A stretch of 51,702 bases of DNA, taken from contig CALSCP010001606.1 of NCBI GenBank assembly GCA_943704425.1, forward strand, positions 1 through 51,702, in the 5' to 3' direction. Positions 11,476-23,399 of the stretch are shown in pieces; position 1 is the first letter of the stretch, and the number at the start of each line of letters is the position of its first letter. The DNA is from Ministeria vibrans ATCC 50519 (lineage: Eukaryota; Protista; Filasterea). The position numbers and the translations under genes were made by a program. The notes beneath the pieces were generated by a model. It had not been told where the DNA came from. It searched no databases and was given only the letters and a program-made list of their open reading frames with translations.

Positions 11476-14400
11476 GTCTTTTCATCTCACCATTCGGTTG
11501 TGACGTTGCAAACGAACGACATCGAAGGGCCGCACAGGGGCCGAATGGCCGCTCTTGGGGCCTTGACTGGTGGGAATGCACCGGTGTGCTGCAGTCCCGC
11601 CCGTCGATTTGAACGGGGGTCCCTTGGGGCTCGGTGTGCGGTGGGTCTGAAGGACGGTCGTTGGGCCACCAGTGGGCTCTCTCTCTCTCTGTCTCTCTCT
11701 CTCTCTCTCTCTTGCCGTGTCGCGCCTTGCACGCTTTCTTTGCCGCTTGTGAACTTGGAATATGCTGCAGCGACATGTTTGGCGTGCGGGGTGCTGCTTT
11801 GTTTGACGTGGGAGACTGTGCAAAGAGGGATTTCGCACGAAAAGAGCGATGAAATGTTGAACCGTCCTCGCTGTTTTATCTTTTCCTCACTGTAGCGTCC
11901 ACCACGCTGGTCTGCATCAACGACGGGGTGAAAGTGTTCAACTCGTCGTGTGTGGCGCACGCTGGCGCGCCGTATCTGCACGGGTCTTCGCTGGCAGAGT
12001 GGGACAGTCGCGTTGTGCTTGACGCATCGACGGGCAAGGCCTTCCTGGCGGGAACGACCGACGGCGCCTGGGCCGGCATGCCTGCATCAAGTGGGAACAT
12101 TGTCGTCCTTGGACTCCTGCCCGTAAGACCTCTTTCTTCTTTTTTGTCGTTTTTTTTTTTTTTTTTTTTTTTGGGTTGCAGAGCATTCCTGAAATAGCCA
12201 CTGATTTTTTGGTATGATTGTTTTTTTTTTTGGTTTTTTTTTTGTTGCAGGCGTCGAGTCCAAGCGCTGAGACGTACACAGTAGCACCTGTGCATTTTGT
12301 GACTGCCTCGGACTCCGATAGCAACCTGGACCAGGTGCTGAGCTTGGCCATTTCGCCATCGACCGGCGAGACAAGCGCAAAATTGTACATTGCGGGACAC
12401 ACCACGTCGTCCTTGGGCGGTGCCCAGATTGGCAGCGAGGATTGCTTTGTGGTGGTTGTTGACGCCGATACTGGTGTGCAGGATTCTGCTTCACACTGGG
12501 GCACGCCACATCACGACGAAGTCGATGCCGTGGTGCGTGATGAAGTGCGCGACCAGGTCTATGCCGTGGGTCATACGCGCGGCGAGATTAGTCAAGGCGA
12601 GTTCATGACCGGTCCCTCAGGCACGTCCAATCCCTCTGTGGACTCCACAGTCTTTGTGATGGCTCTCTCCCAACCAACAAAGGTCCTCACCATTGGCACG
12701 CAACGCCGCGAGTTTGCAACGTCGGCCGTCCTCAATGCCGACGAGGGTCACCTCTACATTGCGGGGAGCACTCAAAACAGCCTCTACAATGCCAACCAGG
12801 GCGCCACAGACGCTTTCATTGCACGCGTCAACGTTTCCTCCTCTCCCATCTCCCTCCTCGACGGCTATCAATGGGGTGCTCTCGCCAGCGAGTCAGCGTA
12901 AGCACGAAATTTTTTATTATCAACGTGACACTAATGACTGTCTTACGTTTTTTATTATAATATTAATTTTTTTTGGTTTTCTTTCTTAGTGTTGCTCTGG
13001 CGATCGATGTGGAAAACAACGCACTATTTGCCATTACGGAGGATTCTTCGGCAGGCACTCACTCACTTGTTCGATTCACTCTCGACCTTGGCTCTCCAGT
13101 CTTCACAGTGCAATTTGGCCTCTCGTAAGAGTCAAAACACAAAACCAAACAAAAAGAGACCCCTTTTTACTCCGCACACGAAATTATTTTTCAGAGGAAG
13201 CACTATTGCTTCTATGGGTCTTGACCTGTCACTGGGCTCCGTGTACGCGGTGGGATCCATTGAATCGGATGCACTTGTCGTGCGACTCGATGCCGAAACG
13301 GGTGCAGAGCTTTCTCTGACTCGAACCTCTCCTGGCACTTCTGCCGAGTACACCAGCATTGCATGTGACTCTTCACAACACTCATGTTTTCTCGGAGGTA
13401 ACGAGTGCATCACATAAAGAAAGTCTCTAACCCCCCCAAAATGCAATGATTAATAATAATAATTATTATTATTATTATTATTAATTTTGGTTGTTGTGCC
13501 GTTATTCATTAATATTATTGCTTTTTACTACATTTTTTAGGTTCAGCAAACAACGACTTTCTTGTCGAGACACTGTGCACCATTGTGTCGACGGAGGCGT
13601 GCCAGTGCAAGGCAGGATCGTGGGGAGAGGCGTGCGAGTCACAGTTGTCGTCGGACTGCGACTCATCGCCGTGTGCCAATGGCGGCAAATGCTCCAACCT
13701 CGCCGAGGGCCACTCGTGTGCTTGCGCAACGGGCTGGATCGGCGACACATGCGAAACTGTCGACGTGGATGAGTGTGTCTCGTCGCCCTGCCAAAATGGT
13801 GGCTGGTGCGAACATGATCTCAACTCGTATCGCTGCGTGTGTGTGAGTGGCTGGACTGGCGACCGGTGTCAACAAAACGCCATTGAATGCCTTTCGTTTC
13901 CATGTCAGTATGGCGGCGTCTGTACCGACCTGACGGACGGGTACGTGTGCTGGTGCGATCCCGGCACAACTGGTACCAACTGCGAGACAAACTTGGACGA
14001 GTGCGTCTCGTCGCCTTGCCACAACGATGCCACGTGCGTCGATGGCGTCAACGAGTTCTCGTGCACCTGCGTGAGTGGCTGGAGCGGCGACTTATGTCAG
14101 ACCGAAGTCGACGAGTGTGCATCGACACCGTGTCGCAACGGCGGCACTTGCCTTGAGCAGTTTGATGGCTTTACCTGTCAATGCACTCTTGGTTTCAGCG
14201 ATGCCATATGCAGCACCGACGTCGACTTGTGTCTGTCCAATCCTTGCGTCGAGGCCAACACCGAGGAGTGCATGGACACTGCTGGCGACGACTTCAACTG
14301 TATCTGCCACTTGGGCTCGTCTGGCACGCTCTGTGAGACACGTGAGCTTGCCTGTACCTCTAATCCCTGCCACCATGACGGTACGTGCAGCGAGAGCACC

Positions 14401-17097
14401 ACGGGACCCGTCGCTTTCGAGTGTGCCTGTAAAGACCTCTACATCGGCGCCACCTGCAGTGAGACGAAACCTCTGGATTCGATTGCCTCCAGTCTGGGTG
14501 CGTCGTCTTTGTCGGATCGTGAGGGCATCTTTGCTGGTCTCGCCGACGTCAACATCACATCGAACAACCTCGGAGCGCTCGCCGACATCACCCGTAATGT
14601 CACCGACTCGAAGGAGTCCGTGACCGTGAGCGAGGCTGCGTCGACGATCAAATTCATCGCGCGTGTCAGCCAACTTGACCTTAGCGCCGTCTCCGAAAAC
14701 GAGGTTTCCATCGTCGTGGATGTCGTCAGCAATCTGCTGGGTGCAACGGCAACAGCCAAGGCGGTGCTTGAGTCGGCAGACGACTCGCCTGCTCTGCTGC
14801 TCGAGCGTCTCTCCGCCAAAATCCTCGGCGCAAGCCCCTCCTGTAGCACCCCCTCCTTCTCGTCTGCCTCCGCGGACAACACCGTCTCCACGTCCGCCTT
14901 TATGACGACAGGATCCGCCATCAAGAACAGTGTGATTGAGCGCACCGCCAAGCGCATTGTCCAGTTTGCGCCGTCGGAGAGCTTCGCGGATCTCGTAGAG
15001 GCACAAATTGGCGCGAGCTCGTGCACCCGTGTTGTGATCAACGCCATGGCTGCCGATGCATTTTTCCAGGGCGACCCGACAGTGCGAACGGATGCCACGG
15101 CGAGCGCCGGCGCCCACAACGAAATTGCCAGCAGCATCATCACAGTCACGTTTGCCGACCTGGCTCTGAGTAACCCTCTCGAAGGGGGCGCCTCAGTGCG
15201 ACTGCGCATGGAAACCTCGGGCGCCGCCCTCAATGCCACCGACGATCGCTTCCAGTGTGTTGCCTGGAACTTTACAACCTCCATGTGGAGCAGCGAAGGC
15301 TGCGCGATGGTGTCGCGTAACGCTCAGCAGGGTACAGTCGAGTGCGAATGCACACACCTCACCAACTTTGCCGTGCTCTTTGACGTGAATGGCAATGCTG
15401 AGCAGTCGACCGCGCTCAGTGTCCTCTCGTATGTGGGTGTCGCACTTGCACTTATCGGAAGCTGCAGTGTGTGCATTGTCTATTTACTTTTGCGCAAGTT
15501 GCGTACCCGACCGCTCATCATCATCATGATGTGCTGCGCCACCATCTTCATGACAGAGCTCATGTTTCTTATTGTCTCGGTTGCGTCCTCGTCGGCCACG
15601 ACCGCCGGCTGCTTTACCCTTGGGCTCATCATGCACTACGCCATGCTTGCCCAGTTCACAGCGCTTCTCTGTGTCGGCATTGGATTCTACCGTCTGCTGC
15701 ACTCGGCGCGTCAGTTGACCACGCCCGTCTTGCGCACAATGGCCCTTGCCATTGTGCTGGCGCCCTTGGTGGTCATCAGCATTTTCCTGGTGGTGCTAGC
15801 CATCCTGGACGACACGACGGTCGCTTCGGCCTATGTCAACAGTGCCGATACAAACACTCAGTTTTGCTTCGTGTCCACTACGCCACGTCTTGCCGCAGTT
15901 GTGATGGGCCCTGTCGCACTGGTGCTCCTCATCAACATGATTCTCTGCGTGCGCATTGTGCTCTCGCTGCGTCACCGCCAACAACAGCTGCCGGCCAAGT
16001 TACGCGAGTCTCACTGGTCCATTGCACTGTCGCTTGCCATGCTTCTGGGCATCACGTGGGTCTTTGCTGTGTTTGTTGTGGCACACGCATCCGTGGTGTT
16101 TCAGTATCTGTTTGTCATTGCAAATGGCGCGTTGGGCATCTTCCTCTTTGTCAACTATGTGCTCATAGCCAAGGTGCGTGTGGGCATGCGCGAGCTGATC
16201 ACGTCGCTCAAGGAGCGATCGCGTCGCACGGCAAGCACCTCGTTGGCGTCGTCGCCAGGCTCAGGCAAGAAGAGCGGCAGTGGGCGGACGAAAAAGAGCA
16301 AGACGATGCAATCTGTGGCACACACCGCTGTGAACCTTTCAAATAGCAGCATGTCCAGCAGCGACTCGAGTGGCGACAAGAAGAGCCAGTTGACGCCGCG
16401 GTGGTGGCACATTTTCCATCCGGGCAGCAGGTACTTCCGCTCGCGATCACGCCACTCTGCCATGGTGCACACCAACAGCACGGGAAGTAGCAAGTCGCAG
16501 AACGACCTGTCGGTGTCGGTCTGGCGTCTTTCCGAGACACCCCACACGTCGGAGATTCTGATGGAACGCGCGCCAATGAGCGAGACACTGAGTCCCCTCA
16601 TGAGCCACAGCATGAGTCCAACCATGAGTCCGAGCCATCGTCACGGTGGACGGCGCTCACTGTTGGCGAATGCCCCCGCAGTCGTCAACACCTCGAGCGC
16701 ATCGATGCCGTCGGTTAACTCGTTGCGGTCACCGTCGTCGGCGACCAATCCGCTCTCGCCCTCGTCGACGCACCGACTTTTTGTCGATGCTCACTGCCAC
16801 CCGACACCCCCATCGTCGGTACCCACCGCACGACGCGTGAGCTGCGACCACGACGCCACCGGCTATGTGCTCGACCGTACCCAGGTGTGGATCGAGGACA
16901 TCGACGACACCACCCCCGACAACGAGGTTCCCTTGTCCGCTATCGCCTTCCCCACCGATGGCCATAGCACCGCCAAGCGTCCCAGCGCCGCTATCCTCTC
17001 ACGCTTCGGCAAGATGTCGGCCACGGCTGCACTAGAGCGTGACATGATCGATCTCGAGCAAGTTGTCACCGACCAAATGATCAGCACGGCAGTCTAA
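11367..17097 (+). CDS. Adhesion GPCR: signal peptide, beta-propeller-like repeats, ~7-8 EGF repeats, GAIN/GPS, 7TM, S-rich tail
   Basis: MQRSSLYTLATVLVALSL signal. Exons with LYIAGHT / VYAVGHT / LYIAGST repeats. DECVSSPCQNGG EGFs. GPS CVAWN...WSSEGC...CECTHL|TNFAVLF. Seven hydrophobic segments including LLGITWVFA. Joining of the 5' exons is inferred from splice signals. Confidence 0.9.
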
Positions 17098-17406
17098 AGC
17101 CTTCAAACTATTGTTTAGATTTAAAGAGTGATAGAGTGATATGAGAGTGAGAGAGAATGAGAGAGAATGAGCACGAAATCGTCAAAGGCGAAAATTACAG
17201 CAATGTACACCAACTATTTAATAAAAATACTATTACAATACTACATCTTAATTATTTTATTATAGAATGAATTAGAGCGACTTTGTTTTGATGAGAATGA
17301 TAGGATAGCGGAGAGAGGAAAGAAACAGGTAAATACAACCAGACTTTCTTTTATAATTATGATTGCCATGATTTTTAATTGTACAAACTTAACGAGCTCC
17401 TATTAC

Positions 17407-19638
17407 CTACTGGGCGTTCGCTCTCGGATTGGGAAGTTTCTGGACAATGAAAAGATGAACAAGGCCGCGGTCGGTCATGACCTTGTCGCAAAGAAGGACT
17501 TTCCAGGGAGGGAGGCTGGTGGATTGGAAGACGGGACGACGGGCAAGAGTGAGGAGGACGAGGATGCCGGTGGACGGGGCGAGGAGAGGCGCACAGGCGG
17601 AGAGGAGAGCCCGGTAGCACTGCATGTCGCCTGGTTCGCGTTCGATGCAGGACTCGGCGACAAGGTCAAGGAGGATGGCGGCGCACGAGGCTGGTGGTGG
17701 GGTGTGGGGAGTGAAGGTGCAGTCGGAGTCGGTGACGGTGATGGAGTGACCAACGAGGAGGCGGGTGGTGGGGGGCAGGCGGGCGTTGATGGCGGCGGGG
17801 AGGGTGTTGAAGCCAGGGAGCGGCAGAAAAAGGGAGGCGGTGTGATCGGGAGAGGCGACGTGAGCAATGGTGTCGGGGTGGGCGTAGTGGAGAACGTCGG
17901 TCATGGCAAAGGCGATGTCGGTCGGAAGAGGGTAGAGGGGGTAGCCCTGGTGGTGGTGCTGTGGTGCGGCCGGGACGGTCTGAGGGTGGGTGGGCGCGAG
18001 TTCTGCAAGGGAGCGGGGACGACGCAGAGGCACCGAGAGACGGAGAAGGCGCTCGTGTTGCATGGCAAACCCACACACCTCCACTGTCACGGTCAACGGT
18101 GTCTCCTCTCCTGAGTCGTTGTCTTCGTTTTCGGTGGTGGTGGTGGTGCATAGTGGAGCGAGTGCGGTGCGCACAAGTGCGGTGACATCTGCGTGTGAGA
18201 TGCTCATGTGCTTGATGGGCTTCCAATCAACATTAAGGGTCCACTTTAGGCGTGTGGCAGCGGCAGCGGTGGTGGTGGTGGTGGTGGAAGTGGCCAGACA
18301 CGCCTGTTGGAAGGTCCATTTGGGCACACGCGCGCACAGTTGCGTCAGAATGTCATTCAAATTGCTATTGGGAGGCACCACAGCGGCACACAAAAGGATT
18401 TCGGAGGAAATGGCAGTGTCGTAAGACTCAAAGGCACACACAAGTGAGCGGAAATGGGCCGGACTGGTCCGGTGACACAGCGAGACGTGTATATTGGTCC
18501 CCAGTGGATGCACCAGTTTTGCCATGTTTGCCGTGCGCTCCCCATCCCCGGCCCTTTCGACGCTATCCAAGATCTGCGTGAGACGTGCAGCAGTGCGTAC
18601 GGTGAGCCCGAGGCGTGTTCGCACAATGACTCGCAGGTGTGTCGCGTCCGCTGCGTACGCCAAGTCCATCTTCATATGAGGGAGTTTGCGCAACAGAGTG
18701 TGCTTGGGCGGCTTTTGCTTCTTGTGCTGCGTCTGAGCAGCATCTGTAGCAAGAGTAGATATAGCATCAACAGTGGTAGAAGACGTGGAACCGAGGGGCG
18801 TTTGCTCTGGTGTCGTTGTGGTGCTGTTTCCTTCCGCGTCTACTACACCGACTCCTTTGCCCTGCCCGTCTTGGTCTTCGGCGTCTTGGTCGTCGTCGTC
18901 GTCGTCGTCGTCGTCATCATCATCGTCGTCATCGTCGTCTTCGTTCTCCTCTGCTTCTCCGCGCTCGTTTCCTTCGTCGGTCCTTTTGAGGCGTTTTGCT
19001 AGTTTGCGACGCGAAATCTTTTTGCGTTTGCGCACTGTGTTCTTGTTGAAGCGACCCACACTGCGATGGGCGGCAAGGAGGTCGACCCAGGTGCCGGTGA
19101 AGGCCGCCTGCATAATGCGCGGGTCGTACAGGAGCGCGTGCGTCGACCAGAACGAGAGAGCGTTGCGCGCAGGAGCAGCGTCGTCGGCCAGCTGGTCAAA
19201 CTCAAAGGGCTCCTTGAGCGCCTTGTGGCCGACGTACGCGGTGCGCAGGAACGCCTCGGTCTCGTTCTTGCGAAACACCACGATGGTGAGCGACGAGCAG
19301 GGCTGCAGCTCCTTCTGGTCGTGCGCAGTGGCAAAGTGAACGCGCGTCGGCATGCGCCGTCCTATGCGCTTGGCAAACGTCGTCTTCTCGTCCATCCGCA
19401 CCAGCGGCGTGCGCACCAGCGTCATCTCACCAATCTTACGCCCAAAGTCGACCTCGGCGGCGTAGCGACCGCCGAAGAAGGTCTTTCCCTCGAGAGCGCG
19501 CGGCATTTGCATTTGGGCAATGCCTTGCGCAAGCAGCTCTTTCGACACGTCGTGGTGCGCCTCCAGGTGCTTTGCCGAGCGCTCGTTCACAACCACGGTT
19601 CCACCACATCCCGTGGGGTATTCACCAACGAGTGACAT
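17407..19638 (-). CDS. Intronless fusion: uncharacterised N-terminal domain, basic/acidic linker, THUMP-like domain and degenerate methyltransferase-like domain
   Basis: 743-aa ORF. The C-terminal half loosely follows the THUMPD2/3-RlmL pattern (IVRTRLGL, LPTDIAFAM, AILLDL, YRALLSACAPLLAPSTGILVLLT). NLS-like RKRKKISRRK and a poly-Asp tract. Confidence 0.6.
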   Translation of the reverse strand: MSLVGEYPTGCGGTVVVNERSAKHLEAHHDVSKELLAQGIAQMQMPRALEGKTFFGGRYAAEVDFGRKIGEMTLVRTPLVRMDEKTTFAKRIGRRMPTRVHFATAHDQKELQPCSSLTIVVFRKNETEAFLRTAYVGHKALKEPFEFDQLADDAAPARNALSFWSTHALLYDPRIMQAAFTGTWVDLLAAHRSVGRFNKNTVRKRKKISRRKLAKRLKRTDEGNERGEAEENEDDDDDDDDDDDDDDDDDQDAEDQDGQGKGVGVVDAEGNSTTTTPEQTPLGSTSSTTVDAISTLATDAAQTQHKKQKPPKHTLLRKLPHMKMDLAYAADATHLRVIVRTRLGLTVRTAARLTQILDSVERAGDGERTANMAKLVHPLGTNIHVSLCHRTSPAHFRSLVCAFESYDTAISSEILLCAAVVPPNSNLNDILTQLCARVPKWTFQQACLATSTTTTTTAAAATRLKWTLNVDWKPIKHMSISHADVTALVRTALAPLCTTTTTENEDNDSGEETPLTVTVEVCGFAMQHERLLRLSVPLRRPRSLAELAPTHPQTVPAAPQHHHQGYPLYPLPTDIAFAMTDVLHYAHPDTIAHVASPDHTASLFLPLPGFNTLPAAINARLPPTTRLLVGHSITVTDSDCTFTPHTPPPASCAAILLDLVAESCIEREPGDMQCYRALLSACAPLLAPSTGILVLLTLARRPVFQSTSLPPWKVLLCDKVMTDRGLVHLFIVQKLPNPRANAQ

Positions 19639-19694
19639 ATATCAAATTGAATGATTAGAATGATCAACGATCAACGATCACTCTTTTATCAACT

Positions 19695-20000
19695 ATGCCC
19701 AAGCGAAAGAACACAGACGCAGCGAGCGAAGCACCGCATGCCAAACGCGGCCCAGCAGCAACCAGCCCCAGCTCCAGCCCCCCAACGGCGTTTACGTTCG
19801 GCACAGGCGACATGGGCCAGCTTGGACTGGGCGAGGTCGACGAGCGCCGCAGACCGTCCCCTGTCGCCCTCCACGCTGCCGCTCATGCCGTACGTGATTG
19901 CCCACTCACTCTCCTCCTCCCCCGCCCCTTTGCTTTTCGTCGTCTTTGTCGCTTTTGTCTTTGAATGAGCCAATTTCCTTTTTCCTTTCAAAAACGTCTC

Positions 20001-20041
<41 letters not shown>

Positions 20042-21451
20042 CGTTTTTTGTTTTGTGAAACATTGCCACTGGGAAGCGACTTTTAAGAGGTCTGTTGCGG
20101 CAATCACAACGCCATTACTATTCACTGTGCGATGATCAATGCGCGTGGATGATCTTTCATATTTGAACGAGTTTTGAGCAGAAACGCAAAAAAAAGAGAG
20201 TCTGTTTCACAAAAATATGATTGTGTGTTATATTGTTGAGTTTTTTTTTTTTTATGTCTTTCTCTCATTGTCATTGTCTCTTAGGTGATTAAGGTTTCAT
20301 GCGGCGGGATGGCGACGTACGCACTGACACAGAGCGGCGAGGTGTACTCGTGCGGCGTTGGCGACGAGGGTGCGCTGGGACGGTGGAACTACGCTGAGGA
20401 TGACGAGACGCGTGTGATGATGCGGTGCGACGCACTGCCCGAGGCTGTGACCGACATTGCGGCCGGCGACAGTCATATTTTGGCGCTGGGGGCGAGTGGC
20501 AAGGTGTACATTGCGGGCACGTTCCGCGATCAGAACGGTTGCTTTGGCATTGACGCTGGGGCAGTGAGCGAGTTCCCCATGGACAATGTGCAGCCGGATC
20601 CGGTGACGGGACGTTCGCGCGACGGACGCAAGCAGTACGTGTTTGTGCGCGTGGGCCAACTTACGGGGGTGACCAAGATTGCATCGGGTGCATCGCACTG
20701 CGTTGCGGTGACCAAGACGGGTCAGGCGTACACATGGGGCGTTGGAGAGAACGGGCAGTTGGGCCGACTGGGCGAGAGGACGACGAGTCGACAGAAGCGC
20801 ATGACCCTCTTGACACCGTTGCCGGTGTCGTTGCGTCACTTGCGCGTGCGCTTTGTGGTTGATGCCTTTTGCAGCAACTACTGTACATTTGTGCTGGCGA
20901 AGCGCACGGGCAACGACGCGAGTGCTCCGTCACTGGTTGTGTTTGGGCTTAACAACTACGGACAGTTGTGCGTTGCAGAGGGTGAAGGAAACAAAGAGGC
21001 GAATCAGGATGAGGCGGACAACGATGATCATATTGTGGGACGACCGGCAGAGGCGACGCAGTGCAGTGCGCTCGAGGTGGTTGGGGTGGCGGGAGGGCAG
21101 CACCACACGCTGGTGCTGACGTCGGACGGACGGGTGCGCACAGTGGGACGGGCGTCGGAGGGCCAACTGGGCACAGGAGAGTCGGCAGACACCACACGGG
21201 TGTTGTCGTTGATTGATGGGCTTGCACAGGTGCGTGGGGTTGCAGCGGGCGACTCCACCTCCATGGCACTGACTACCTCGGGCGACTGCTACTGCTGGGG
21301 CTTTGGTGAGAACATGCAGGTGGGCGCAGGGGACGACGACGATGTCCACGAGCCTCTTCTGCTCACGGGCGGCAAGTTTGCCGCCAAGACGGTCTCTAGC
21401 ATTGCTATGGGAGCACAGCATTCCGCCATTGTCGCCGAACGACCAGAGTGA
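19695..21451 (+). CDS. RCC1: Regulator of chromosome condensation (Ran GEF), 2 exons
   Basis: Basic N-tail MPKRK, FGTGDMGQLGLG, VSCGGM, GDEGALGR, IAAGDSH, GTFRDQNG, WGVGENGQLGR, FGLNNYGQL, AGGQHHT. Intron ~19890-20284. Confidence 0.9.
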
Positions 21452-21515
21452 AAAAATTAAAGAAATAATATAAAAAGCATAGCTATGAATTATAATAGTA
21501 CAAAAAAATGAGAGA

Positions 21516-21576
21516 GGGATCAGTTGCGAGTCGAAAATTGACGAGTGTGCCTCGTCGCCCTGCTCCAACGGTGCCT
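21516..21576 (+). other. Orphan EGF-repeat coding fragment running into an N gap
   Basis: Translates GISCESKIDECASSPCSNGA, then N at 21577-21586. Confidence 0.7.
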
Positions 21577-21593
21577 NNNNNNNNNNGGGGGGG

Positions 21594-23399
21594 TTAGCAC
21601 TGCTGATTCTCACGCGTGCGCCAGACAAAGCCGTCCGTCTGGTGCCATTCCAAGAGCGAGTGGGTCCTGCGCTGGCGGGCAAGGTCACCCTGCTTGGCGA
21701 CAAAGGTACAGACGTCGCAGGCAACATCGCGCGGGGACGGCAGAGCGGCCCACGCCGCCAGTGCCCGTGTGTCGCCCGTCTCCACCAGCACCCGCCGCCA
21801 CGCTGTCAGTTCAGCATACTCACTGGGCGTCATGGTCAGCAGCCGCTGTGCCAGCTGTGGCACACCGTCGCGACTTGCCACAATGACTGAGTTGCGTGGG
21901 ACCAGTTCCTTTGCGCGCGTCCAATCGCCAAAGTAGATTGGGACTGTTCCCGCCAAAAGAGCCTCGCTCAGCTTTTCCGTGACATATCCCGGCTCTTCAT
22001 CGGTATTTTCGATCACAAGTGCAAAGGGATAGCGCGAGATGATATCGATTTTCTCAGCCATTCGTTTGTACATCTGATCGCGAAACTTTTGGCGGCGGCA
22101 ATACAGTTTGTACTTCTCTTCGTACGGATGTGCGCGGGCCATGGCGCGCTCTTCATCAAGCGAGCACAAATGGGTGGAGTCGGATCGACCGCCGGAGAAA
22201 AGAGAGCGGTCGAGAAGGTCACGGAGGACGGCCGGACGCGCCTTGTAGTCGGTGTTGTGGCGACACTTGCCATAGTGCGCAATGTGCACTCCGCCTTCCT
22301 CGAGCACCGTCATGATCTGGTTGCGGCTCACCGACGCGCAATTGCTGGTGACGGTGGCAAGAAGGGGCGTACGGGCGGCGCGCGCCTCTGCCAGGCTGGG
22401 GCACTGCGTGGGAGCAAGACCGTGTGTAAACCAGTCGCGACCCTTGTCGGTGCCGGGAAGTCGCAGGAACATGTAGAGGGGCACGTCGCTCTGGTAGCCC
22501 CAGTGCACGGTGTAGTCAATGTGGGGCAGCAGCAGTGACAAGTCTGCCTGCCCCACTTCGGGGAGACCGTTGGCCATGCGCCACAGCGGCTCGTGACCAA
22601 AAAGACCCACCGAGGAGCCTCGCGCGTGCATTGTCGTTGCCAATTCGTGCATTTGACTCTCATTGCCGCACTTGAGGTTGAGTGTGTCGGGATGCACGAG
22701 TGCCGTCTCGCTGATGGGCGTCGTCTCGCCGACGTTTTGGCGCAACCAGGTGAGACCGGCTTCCCTCGAGCCTTCGACGGTGGAGTAGATCCACGCGCAG
22801 AATACGCCTGATTTGGGGCAGGAGAGCTGAGCAACGGCACGGTTGTCGAGGATCCAGCGAGGGTGATAGATGGTGACCTCTTCGCCAGGGAAGCGCAGCT
22901 CGTTGAGGACGCCTGGCTCGTACGCGAGCGTCGGATAGAAGTCGACGAGGACCGCACGAGCATTGTGTTTGGGCATCGCCTCGTCGTCTGCAGGGGGCTC
23001 GGACTGGCCGGGGGCCTCGTTGGGATCCTTTGGCGGGGCACCGGGGGGCGCGATGGCGACGTGCGCAGCGTCTGCGTGTCCATCAGTGCCATCTGGTGTG
23101 ATGAGAATGTCATCTGTTCCCGTTTTATCGGATTTCTTGTCGTTTGCATTGTTGTGGGCGGCTGGGCTGTTGTGCTCCATGTGTGCGCTGTCTACGTCGA
23201 TGCGGTCGCCAAGGGTGATGGGGTCGTGAAGCGGCGGCGCAGACGTCTTTTTGACACTTTGCGATTTGGTGACTATCAAGCGACCCGTTGCAAGCGAAAC
23301 CACCTCCCACACGAGCAGCACCACCAACGACATGACGATCACCCGAGTGATCGGGCTGCTCATTATTCGCCGCCGATGGTGAGGCAGCAGAAGATTCAT
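21594..23399 (-). CDS. Alpha-1,3/4-fucosyltransferase (GT10), type II membrane protein, intronless
   Basis: N-terminal TM helix and stem. TSNC, YGKC and the GT10 signature YPFALVIENTDEEPGYVTEKLSEALLAGTVPIYFG. Confidence 0.92.
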   Translation of the reverse strand: MNLLLPHHRRRIMSSPITRVIVMSLVVLLVWEVVSLATGRLIVTKSQSVKKTSAPPLHDPITLGDRIDVDSAHMEHNSPAAHNNANDKKSDKTGTDDILITPDGTDGHADAAHVAIAPPGAPPKDPNEAPGQSEPPADDEAMPKHNARAVLVDFYPTLAYEPGVLNELRFPGEEVTIYHPRWILDNRAVAQLSCPKSGVFCAWIYSTVEGSREAGLTWLRQNVGETTPISETALVHPDTLNLKCGNESQMHELATTMHARGSSVGLFGHEPLWRMANGLPEVGQADLSLLLPHIDYTVHWGYQSDVPLYMFLRLPGTDKGRDWFTHGLAPTQCPSLAEARAARTPLLATVTSNCASVSRNQIMTVLEEGGVHIAHYGKCRHNTDYKARPAVLRDLLDRSLFSGGRSDSTHLCSLDEERAMARAHPYEEKYKLYCRRQKFRDQMYKRMAEKIDIISRYPFALVIENTDEEPGYVTEKLSEALLAGTVPIYFGDWTRAKELVPRNSVIVASRDGVPQLAQRLLTMTPSEYAELTAWRRVLVETGDTRALAAWAALPSPRDVACDVCTFVAKQGDLARQRRTHSLLEWHQTDGFVWRTRENQQC

